Translations under genes and position numbers: made by a program
Shown: positions 42,718 to 53,300 of the stretch, piece after piece
Numbering within the stretch: the first letter of the stretch is position 1
Layout: each line of letters begins with the position of its first letter
Assembly (NCBI RefSeq): GCF_009914755.1
Contig: NC_060925.1
Direction: 5' to 3' (one strand)
Length of the DNA stretch: 64,000 bases
DNA from: the human T2T-CHM13v2.0 reference genome, Homo sapiens
The notes under the pieces: model-generated
What the model was told of the DNA's origin: nothing
What the model saw: only the letters and a program-made list of their open reading frames with translations
Databases searched by the model: none

Positions 42718-42923
42718 TTGATCCTGGCCTGGTCCACGCTGGAGGAGCGACGGGTGGTGAAGCGTCGGGCGACTGCTTTGGGAGATGTCTTGGGGCTGCC
42801 GTCTGAGTCTCCGCTCTCCTCATCCCCCATGGCTTTGATGTAGCTGCCGCTCCGCATCCTGCGGCAGGGGATCTCCCCATCCTTGCCACCGGTGGGGTAA
42901 CCCCCCCAGTCATCTTGCGGCAC
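42718..42923 (-). CDS. DLGAP3: DLGAP3 exon 4 (VPQDDWGG...CRRMRSGSYIKAMGD...QARI)
   Basis: ctgcag|GTG ... AA|gtaagg, 206 nt, phase 0/2; GK-binding repeat. Confidence 0.97.
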
Positions 42924-45900
42924 CTGCAGGAACAGGGGTCTCTGTCTCTCAGACATGACCCTAGTAAATCTAGAGGCCAGGACTCTTTCCCCACTGCCAG
43001 TGGGAGATGCCCTGCCCTGGCTTGAACAGGCACACTCAGGTACATGCAGAGGCAGAAGGGGAGGTAGGGTCTCAGGCTGTCCCCGTCCCTTACAAGAGAC
43101 ACCTCGTCATCCTCCACAGACCTTCTGCACTTAATTAGGGGCCACCTAGAGAGTCTGAGGGAGTGACATGGCAGGCGTCAAGCGGTTGATGATCAGAGGC
43201 CAAAGTGACCTGTGTCAATCCCATGCCCAGCAGTCAGGCATCACCTGACCTCAGTCAACCTTCTACCCCTCCTTCTCCTTCATCCTTTCAACCTGCTTAC
43301 ATTCCAAATCCTCTCTCCTTCCCCGCTGTGGGGAGCCACAGAGGGCTTCATGCAGGGGAGTGACATCAGATTTGTGTTGCAGAAAGAGCTCTCCCACAGT
43401 CCAAACAGAGGCTGGATTGTGGAGGGCCAGGAGCAGGGCAGAGGCTCAAGTGGCGAGAGGACGACCAATTAGGAGGCTGATGCTGTTATCCAGGCAAGAG
43501 ATGATGAGGCCTAAATTAAGACAATGACAATGAGGGGGAAGAGGAGGAGATGGAAATGAGAGGTGTTAAGGAGCATCAGTGAGCCTGATTAGACGTGGGG
43601 GATGAGGGGGCGGGAGGAGTCGAGGATGACTGCCAGGCTGCTGGCTGAGGACCTGGGGGAGGGTGCTGCCGCTCACTGAGCCATAGAACCCCAGAGAAAC
43701 AAGTCTGGGGAAAGGTGGTAGGGTCGGGGTTGAGCACCTTGAGCTTGGCATAGAACTGTTGAGCAGGTGGTTGGATGTTTGGTTCTGGGATTCAGTGGGG
43801 AGATCGGGGCTGGAGGCGGACATGTGGGAGTCATGGGCGGCAGCTGAATCCATAGCAGTGAATGAGACAGCCCAGGGGAGAGAAGAAGAGAGATGAGCAG
43901 AGATCCACTGACATTTAAAAAGGGACTGTGAAGAAAGGAAGAGGAGCCTGTGAAGTCACCTGAGAAGGAGTGGGCAGAGGGGTAGGAGGGAAGTCAGGAA
44001 AATGCCATGTCATAGAAACAGGAGACATTTCAAGAATAAAAGGAGTCGATTATGTCAAATGCCACAGTGCGTTCAGAGGTTAGTAACTCAGGCTCGGGAA
44101 TTAGAAGATCCATGTGCAATTCTGGCCCCATCACTTGCTGGATAGGTGAACTTAAGCAAAACAGATTAACCTCTAAGTGTCAGTTTCCTTGTCTGCGAGT
44201 TGGTCATGATACTTATGCCTACATCAGAGGGTTGGTGGCAAAGATAAATGAGCCAATAGAGAGTTTCCAGGACATAGAAAGTGCTCAATAAATGGTAACA
44301 ATTATTATAGGCACTGAAAAGTAGCTTTTGAAGATAGCGCTCAAGAGATCATCTGTGGCCACTGCCAGGGCATGTCAATGACAGGGAGTTTGGAAATCAG
44401 ACCACAGTGAGGGGAGAATTGAAGGGAAGTGAAGAGTAGGTGTCTATGCTCTAAGAACTCGATTATGAAGGACATGGAAGGTGGGATGGGGCTGCAGAAA
44501 TATTTTTTAGGATGCAAGCGACTTTGGACATGTTTTCAGAATGATGGAAAGAGCCAGTAAAAATAGTCTTTAAACCTCAGAAGGGAGAACAGTTCAGGGA
44601 TGGAGGGGGTCATGATGAGATGGGATCAAGCCCTGGAAGAAGGATCGGCCTGGGATGGGTGGTCCCAGCTTTTCCTATGAGCCAAGGAAGGGGACGAGGG
44701 TGGCTGGGAATTTGGATGCGTCTAGAGAGATGCTGTCAGGAAGCTGAGGGAGTCCGTGATGTCAGCCTACACTTCGGAAAATGAGGTGTAAGTGAAGACG
44801 TGGGGGAGAGGACTGGGGGAGGTAGGGAGGATTTAAAACACTTGTGTAAAGAACAGGTTAAATGGGGTAGGGATGGGAGCTCCAAAAGGGGTAACGCCTC
44901 AGGGACAGCATAGGGTTCAGGGGAAAGGTGGAGACTCTGGGGATGAGATGGGGTCCCTTGAAGGAACCCACGGGCAGGAGCAGGGCTCTTCAAGGGGCTA
45001 GGGCTCATTTGGATGATGGGAAACAAAGAGATGAGGCTCCATAAAGAAACAGGGGCTCAGAGTGGACAGAGGGATCCTGGAAAAGGCTTAAGAGAAAGCT
45101 GGTACCCAGTGGGAGAAACAGGGCTTTGACAATCAGATCGGGAGTCCAGCAAAGACACCTGGCCTCATGGGGCCAGCCTCCCCTGCTTTTGTACCAGGGG
45201 AGTGCGAGGCTGTCTGGAGGGTCCCTATAGCCCTTTGGTTCTTCCCCACATGGGCTCAGACTTCCCAGTCCTCAGATGCCCTGGAACTCCAGACCGGAGG
45301 GATCATTCCCCTTCCCCATTCTCTACAGAGAGCAGCAGGCAGGTGGAGAGAGGCAGGCCAGCAGATGGGAAGGCCATACTGCAGGGTTCCCATTCTAGCC
45401 ACTGCAGAGCTCCTCTGCAGGACACTGTGAGGTGCATGTTAAAAAGGAAGCCCCCAGGGAGGTCAGGGCAGCCCTGAAGAAGCAGCAGGGAGCAGCGAAA
45501 TGGCAACAAGTCTTCAGGGATGGCAAGGAATCGGCTATGGGGGAGAAAGGATGGGTGCTGCCTCCCTGCACCCTGCAGTTCCCAGCTTAGAGCACCTCCC
45601 TACCCAGGGAGGGGGCAAACCAGGCCAATCCAGAAGTCCCTTCTTGCTTGCACTGTGGCCCTATGTGCTCCCTTGGGCCTTCATGAGTTCTCCAGGAGAG
45701 CCCTAACTTGTGTGCAACTTACCCAGCAAGGCCAATGCCCCACAAAGACACACACAGCCTCTATTCTCCATACCTTTGAACATGCTGTATAGTCTCTTCC
45801 CAATACACGTTTAGCCAGCACTCAACAACTGCAACTCCTCCACTGAGATTCAGCTCAGGGGACATTCCTCACCCAGGTCAGTGAGGTGTCTCCTCTGTGT

Positions 45901-46926
45901 TCCCAAGATGCCCAGGGCTCTCCCCTATCACAGCCTCATCACACTGTATTCTATCTGCTTCCTTGTCTATTCCCACTCTACACTGTGAGCTCCTCACAAG
46001 CAGCATCTGTATCTTCATCTTTGTATCCACAGCACCCAGAAAACGCTCATTGAATAAATAGATCTGTATCAACTATGTCGAATGCGGAAATACACTGGAC
46101 CTCCAGAACTTGTATTGACTTTTTCTCCTAAAATTACGGCAGGACTTAAGAAAACGATGTGGGCTGGATGAGGCTGGGGTGAAGGCTCCATAAAAAGTAG
46201 GAATCAGAGTTCCTGGCCTCACCTGCAGAGACCATAAATGTGGTAAGACAAGATGAGAACAGCATGCCAGCTATCACCTGCACCATCCACTCCCGGGAGG
46301 CCCTGCCTGAATTGTATCAGGGCTGAAACCCAGTTTGTCCCCCAGCCTAGGAAAACACATGAGACACATGAAACTCCCAGGACCCCTCCACAGCTTCGGC
46401 TGTCCCACCACCGGTACCCCGGAATGACAAACCTCAGCAGAGGCACATTCTAGAAATAACTGATCTTCATATTCAAACATGTGGGCCATCCGGATTATAG
46501 CAGAAAAGAGGGCTGGAGAAGGCTTTGGGGCAGGAGAACTGCTTTCCAACTGCCGACCTTCAATCTTGAGAGCAGCTACAACTAAGGTGCACCTCTCTAT
46601 CCTGTCTACTGCCTGCCCTCAACTTCATTATGCCTCCAACCTCCGAAGACAGATATCAGCACAGCCTGTCCAAAACAGTAGGTCAAGGGAAAATCTCTAG
46701 GGACAGACACATCATTAGAACAGAAGGGCCCCTTCATTGCACAAATGGGGAAAGTGAAGCCCCAAAGGAGCTCAGAGTGACCCAATGGGGCAGGGCAGAG
46801 CCTCCCTACACCCAGGCCCTCCATCACAGGGACAGCTGGCTCCCACCCAACCCTTTCCACTGCTCCCTAGTTGACAAGACTGGTGAAGGCTAAGGACTCT
46901 GTTCCCCAACCCCAAAAAAGCCTCAC

Positions 46927-48033
46927 CTGCAGATAGTGATAAGTCCTGGCTTTGGCCTTGGTCTCCGGACCCAGGAGCCCCTTGCCTGGCCCGGCCCCCG
47001 GGTATCCATCCCGGCCCTGGCTGACCATCATGGTATGCCAGGCACTTCGCTTGACCGACTGTCCATCCAGTGACATGGACATGCCAGTGCAGGCAAGGCA
47101 GCGGCCTTCCGACCCGCCCGAGCGCCCCTTGAAGCTCAAGTCCCGGTAGGACCCATCTGGACCCTCCAGGCAGAAGGGACCACCAGGCTCCCCAGGGGGC
47201 CTCCCACCCGCCAGGAAGCCGCTATCACTGTCCAAGTTGTCATCGGAACTCCACCAGCCTGTGGACTTGGCCTGGTGCCGCCCATCCCCCTTGCGGTCCT
47301 TGCTCTTGCTCCTCTTGCCGTGCCGGGACTGGTGGTGGTGGTGATGGTGGTGGTGATGGTGGTGATGGGAGGTGTGGGGGCCTCCAGAGCCCGGGCCGGG
47401 GTAGCTGTCTCCTCCAGAGCCACCTCTTCCCTCAGCCTTGGGCCCATTATAGTCCCGCTTCCCCGGCGCCTCCAGAGAGTGGGACTTGGCAAAGAGCTTC
47501 TGCACAGAATGAACCAGGTGCCGGATGCGGCTAGGGCTCTCACTGCGGGGCTCTGGGGCAGTGCCCGTCCCTGGCGCTGGCCCGGGCCCTGCCCCTGCTG
47601 GCCCTCGCTGGTATGGTAGTGTGTGGAAGCCATCTTGTTGAACTGGCAACTGCTTTTCAAACTGATCCAGGAGTGTAGGAGGCAGGCGGGGGGCACCCTT
47701 GCCCTGTGGGTGGCCCACACAGTCTTCACAGGTGTCGAAGGGGCCCTGGCCAGGGTACATCCTGGGGAAGGTGCTGCTACCCCCCCCAACCCCGGCCCCC
47801 GCTGGCCCTCCCTCAGGGCCTACCGACGGCCCCTCACTCAGGCTCAGGGGCCCTTCAGGAGAAATGTGTCCCAGGCCAGCTCTCGGGGCACAGAAGCGGG
47901 GCTCGGTGGAGAAGGCCTCCCTGGAGCCCAGCAGGTATGGGGCCCTGGCAGCAGGGCCCACGTCCATATGCTGTTGGTCAGCAAAGCGGGCTGGGCGGGG
48001 ATGGCTGCCTCGGTCGCCATGGTAACCCCTCAT
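46927..48033 (-). CDS. DLGAP3: DLGAP3 first coding exon (exon 3 CDS part, M1-Q369) with His12 tract
   Basis: GCC ATG at 48033; donor CAG|gtgagg; 1107 nt; family motifs SPSRIRHLVHSVQKLF and GWWSSDDNLDS. Confidence 0.97.
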
Positions 48034-48084
48034 GGCCTCAGCAAAGGCTCTTCATAGTCTTGGGGGCCAGGCCCCAGGAACCTC
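48034..48084 (-). other. DLGAP3: DLGAP3 exon 3 5'UTR portion (51 nt)
   Basis: Acceptor cttttctccctatttttccag|GAGG at 48085/48084. Confidence 0.88.
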
Positions 48085-48371
48085 CTGGAAAAATAGGGAG
48101 AAAAGGTATTTGAATTGAACAGCCCTCTTCACCTAAAACCATCTTTTATTAGGCATCCTTGTATCCCTTTAGGTAATACATATCAATTTATTATGATTAA
48201 TCACACTACCCTCCCACAAATGGACTAAAAAGTCCTTTAAATGGTCATAATAGACATAGACACTCAAGGGCACAAAATAATCCCATCATTCAATGAATAC
48301 TGCAAATCTGATAAATACTTATTCACAAGAGGATATTCCCTCAGTCAAATGGGTTTTTAAATGTCCTTAGA

Positions 48372-48661
48372 GACTGGGCACAGTGGTTCACACCTGTACT
48401 GCTAGCACTTTGGGAGGCCAAGACAGGAGGATCACTTGAGCCCAGCAGTTCGAGATCAACCTGGGCAACCAAGCAAGACCCTGTCTCTACAAAACAATTT
48501 TTTAAATTAGCCAGATGTGGTGGCATATGCCTGTAGTCCCAGCTACTTGGGAAGCTGAGAAGGGAGGATCACTTGAGCACAAGAGCTCAAAGCTGCAGTG
48601 AACTATGATTGTATTATACCAATGCACTCCAGCCCAGGCAACAGAGCGAGACCTGGCCTCT
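48372..48661 (+). mobile_element. Alu (AluJ-like)
   Basis: ggaggatcacttgagccc; followed by (TA)n. Confidence 0.88.
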
Positions 48662-48663
48662 AA

Positions 48664-48666
<3 letters not shown>

Positions 48667-48717
<51 letters not shown>
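48667..48717. repeat. (TA)n microsatellite
   Basis: About 25 perfect TA units followed by AT-rich low-complexity sequence. Confidence 0.95.
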
Positions 48718-48722
<5 letters not shown>

Positions 48723-50035
48723 TGTTTTTATATTTGTAAATGTATATTAATAAATATTTATAAATGCATATATATTTTTATATACACATAGAAATATTTT
48801 TATATATACATATATATACACATTTATGTGTAAATATATAGATATACTTTGGGATGTGTGTGTATGTGTGTGAATATGTCCTTAGATTACCAAAAACAAA
48901 AGCATACCCAGGGAGACATAAAATAGTCAAAGAAACCAGTCTTTAGGTGAACTAGCTTTTAACAAGCTGGCATTAGGCAAATAGATCCACAGCCACATCT
49001 CTACTCCAACCCTGCCCTACACCCCACTATTGCAAGAGCCAGGCCTCAGGGTCACAGCTCCCAGCTGCTGTGAACAAAGAGAACACTGGACCCAAATCTA
49101 CATATCCAGCACCATCCCACAGAAAAATTCCTCCCCTTCCTTCCACACCCTGTGCATTCCATCTGGCTGCAGGCTCATTCTCCCTCCCCTGTGGACTGAA
49201 ATAAGGAGAATCTGAGATGACTCTTCCTCCTTCCTCTTCCGGGTTCCAAATATTTTCCCTATGAAATTACCCCTTTTGCCTTTTACCCCCACCCTCCATT
49301 CCCATTCCACTGGAGGGGAATCATGAAGGAGGAAAATCCATAAAGAAGAACAGCGGCTACACACAGTAGCATCTGAATCCTAAACTGGGATTGGAACCCA
49401 GGAGTTCCTCCTCCCAGGAACAGAGGGAAGGCAAGGCAGGAAAGTGATGGAGAAAAAACTCTGGAACCAGTGCTCCTGGCCCCCATCCCAGACTTGCCAA
49501 GGCTACAGGACAGAGAGGTCAGCTCTCAGCAAGAGCTGCCTCCAATCAGGACTCCAGGAGCTGCCAGGATAGGAGCTACGGCAGGAGGGAGTGACAGCAG
49601 GAGGGACAGGGACAGAGGAGCTGGCAGACGGTGCCCTCCCTCATCCTCGACCAGGCTCCTGGGCCATCTGCTGACTAGGAGGGATGACAGCCTCAAAGGC
49701 TCCAGACAGCAACACCTCCAGGACTCATTCTCTTTCTCCCTACCACCACCTCCCCACACCCACCTTTCTTCCAGATCCTGCTCACCCCTCATCTCCTACT
49801 ATTTCCCAAGTACTCGCCATATACCAGGTATTGTGCATACCTGATATTCTCTAATCTTACTGAAATCTTGTAATGCAGGTATTATCCACACTTACCCATG
49901 AGAAAATTGAGCTCAAAACGTTGAGGTCACAAAGCCAGTAAGTGGATGAGTCACTTTGAATCAAGATTCAAACCCATTATTCTGGTATGAGAACCTGAGT
50001 CTAATCCCCATCTCCCAGACTCTTCTATCACTCAC

Positions 50036-50118
50036 CATCCAGGGTGTCCCATCCTTGATGTCAGGATCCCCACCACCAGGCAGAAGCCTAACTTCAGAAG
50101 GCTCAGGACCACTGAATC
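50036..50118 (-). other. DLGAP3: DLGAP3 non-coding exon 2 (83 nt)
   Basis: Acceptor ccttttcttttccatcag|GAT and consensus donor ATG|gtgagt; length agrees with my recollection of the RefSeq structure. Confidence 0.8.
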
Positions 50119-50352
50119 CTGATGGAAAAGAAAAGGATGGTAAGCAAAAGGGGAGAGACGTTTTCCCACAGTCCTCAGAGGACCGGTCTCTGGCCCTGAC
50201 AGCTTCCCTTCCCAACTCCCCCAAACCAGGACTGATTGGATCCCCCATGATGCAGAGCCTTTGAACCCCCAGGGAAATGAGGTTGGCTTCATTATGCAAA
50301 TACATTCAAATGAGCTTACAGGTTGGACTATCTCCAACTGCAGGTGTCTGTG

Positions 50353-50373
50353 GGATCTGTCCATGGTGCTGAG
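50353..50373 (-). promoter_or_regulatory. RE1/NRSE (REST binding site)
   Basis: CTCAGCACCATGGACAGATCC vs consensus TTCAGCACCACGGACAGCGCC; both half-sites and the 2-bp spacer are intact. Confidence 0.8.
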
Positions 50374-53300
50374 CCACTGCGTTGTTTTTTCTTTTTTTTT
50401 CCATTGCCCTCAAATATGATTCCATTCCACAAACATTTATTGAACAGTTACCACAAGCAAGAGAGTGAGAAGTGTATAGAGGTGATTTAAGAGTGGTCCC
50501 TGTCCTCGAGGGGTTTATAGTCTAACAGGGGAACAACCTCTCACGTGACAGAGTTATTTCAGGCCACTTTATTTTTGCACTAACTCTTCCCTCCTCCTAG
50601 AATTTCCTTTCATCCACCTCAAAGCCCTCCCCCTGGCTAAAACTTACTCATATTAAGCCCCACCTTCCCTTAAAGACTTTCTGTGCTCTTATTCTAGGTT
50701 ATGCTCTTTATCGGGCTTTTATAACACCCTGGGTGTCCCCATGAAAGCAGCTATCACACTGCATTGAAAATGTCTGTTTCGGTTTCTATCTCCTCACCTA
50801 GAATGTGGTCTTCTTCAGAATAGGAACCAAGTCCTATTCATCTCTGGATCTCCAGCACCTAACTCAGGGCTTTGCCCAGGGCCAGTCCTTAATAAACACT
50901 CACTAAGTAGATGAATAAATGGCTGTGCTGGAAAGAGGTACCAAAATGTTAGGCTACTTCAGATGAGGATGGGACAAGATTCAATAGAGGTCAATCAAGG
51001 AAGACTTCTCAGAGGAGAGGATGTTTGTGATGGAGTACAAGATGTCTGTGTGTCCCATACACATAGGTGATGAGGAAAAGAACCTACCCAGTGGAGGAAA
51101 CAACAAGCACAGGGAGAAGAGGTGTGCAAATAGGGAATTCTAAGGGGTAGGCTCAGAGAGTTCTGGCAGACAGGAAATGGCAAATAGTGGGAATAGGAGA
51201 GAGAAAATCAGAAAGGAAGACGACTCTGAAGTTTGCAGCAGCCGTGACTGGAAGACTAATGATGTCATTATTAGACACAGGGATGTCAGCAAGAAGAGCT
51301 AGCTTTGCAAGCGTGATTAATAGTAGTGGAAGAGGCACAGTCAGACATCAGGAAGAACTTCCTGACCCTGAAGGATGTGAGACAATGAAGAAGACTGTGG
51401 TTTCCTAGAAATCTTCCATAGAGGACAAGGTGAGACATACCCAGCCCCTGGCCCACCCTGGAGCCTGGACTGTAGAAGCTGTTGGTTACCCTGCCCAAAG
51501 AGAGACTAGGGTGACCTCACAGATACCAACTGCCTGGCTCTAGATGACAATTATCTTCCATTGCCCTTCTTTGGGGAAACAGAGGGAATATCAGATCAAG
51601 ATAGCCTCTCAAATAGTTGTTGAAAAAGCACCTGGAAGCATCTCTCTGCCTTGGAAAGAAGACAGAAAGCCTGGTCCTTCATCCATGTCATTCTCTTCCC
51701 TCTTCCTGCCCCAGGCAGGACCCATATCTGAGACTCACAGCACAAAAGGCCACTTTGGCAGAAGCCCAGACTATCCCATTTGCTCTGTGCATGGTGACAT
51801 CAAGCTAGAGCCTCACAGAACTTCCCAGGGGTGGACATTCCCAGGTGCCCCTCTGTCTCCTGCTTCACACAGGTGCTGCTGGCAAGCTGCTCAGCTTCCA
51901 TCAAGATCCTATGAAACTTCAGCCCCTCTGGCATCAATCCATGTTCTCCTTGCTCTTGTCTTGGAGAAGATGGGCCCTATAATTGCTGCTCTCCAGACAG
52001 ATCACCCCTCAACTCCTTTACCCAGATCCTACAGGGAAGCCCTGTATAGTGGAAAAGCACAAGTCCTGAGACCAGAACGTATGTGACACCTGACGTAGCA
52101 GAGGCGGCCTACCCTCTCTAAGCCTCAGGACACCTGCTCACCTATCTCCCAGGATTTCAATAGGTATCAAATAATAAAATCACTCTTACAAACTCTAAAA
52201 CATTAATACATGTAATCCCTCATGAGAAGCCTTTCTTTTGGATTTACAAAATCCCCAGTGTCCAAATAGTAAACAATATAATCAAATCCAAATTACTGGG
52301 AGCAGGAGATATCCAATTTATGGATTTTCTAAAGAAAATATTTAATTAACAACTGGCTTCCTCCTATATATTATGCTTTATGATCACATTCCTCCCCCCA
52401 CATCACCCACCTTCACTCCATTACTAAACAAAATCAATGGGAGGGAAAAACAAGTGAGGAAGGGACTAATAATTCAATCCACCACCATGCTCTATGGATT
52501 TTGCTTCCTAAGAAAAAAAAACAGATGTGCCTTTTATTCCACATCCACCAAATCACTGTTGGCTGACTCGCTAAAATTCATTCCCAGCCTCCTTGTCCTT
52601 ATCTTGGCCTCCTTTGTAACTAGAGGCCACATGATTCCATTTTGGCTAATGATATACACATGGAAGCATGATGAGGGTTTCTGGGAAAGATTTTGCCTTT
52701 GTGACCAAAGGGGTAGGAATTGCTAGTGCCATCTTTCCTCCCCTTATTCTTGGCTTGACTACAACCAGAGCTAGGGCCGCTATCTTGCCACCACAAAAGG
52801 CCTAGAGAACTGCAGAGATGTCAGTTCTGGCATCATCGGGCCATGGAACCAACATTAACAGTTGCTTTACTCCAGGTCTACATGTGATAAGGAATGCGCT
52901 CTTTATTTAAACCACTGTTGGCCAGATTTCCTGTAGTATTTGCAGCAGAAAGCACTGCTAACGAATCCAACTGTTCCTGAGAACACCATCTCCTGCCTGC
53001 ATGTCTGCACGTCTTCTCCTAACTGGTCTCCCTGCTTCCGTTCTTACCCCGCTCCAATCCAAATGGTCATTTGAAAATGCAAATCTCATCATGTCACTTC
53101 TCTGCTTAAAACTCTTCATTGGTTTATTGATGTTCTTAGGATAAAATGCCTTCGCTTGTCCAACAAGGCCTGCAGGGTCTGGCCCTTCCTACTTTTCCAA
53201 CATCCTCTCACAACATGCTCCCCTTGCTTTCTCTGCGGCAGCCAGGACAGTCTTTTGTCAGTCCCATGATCCCTCACATCACGGGGCCTATTCCCCCTGT

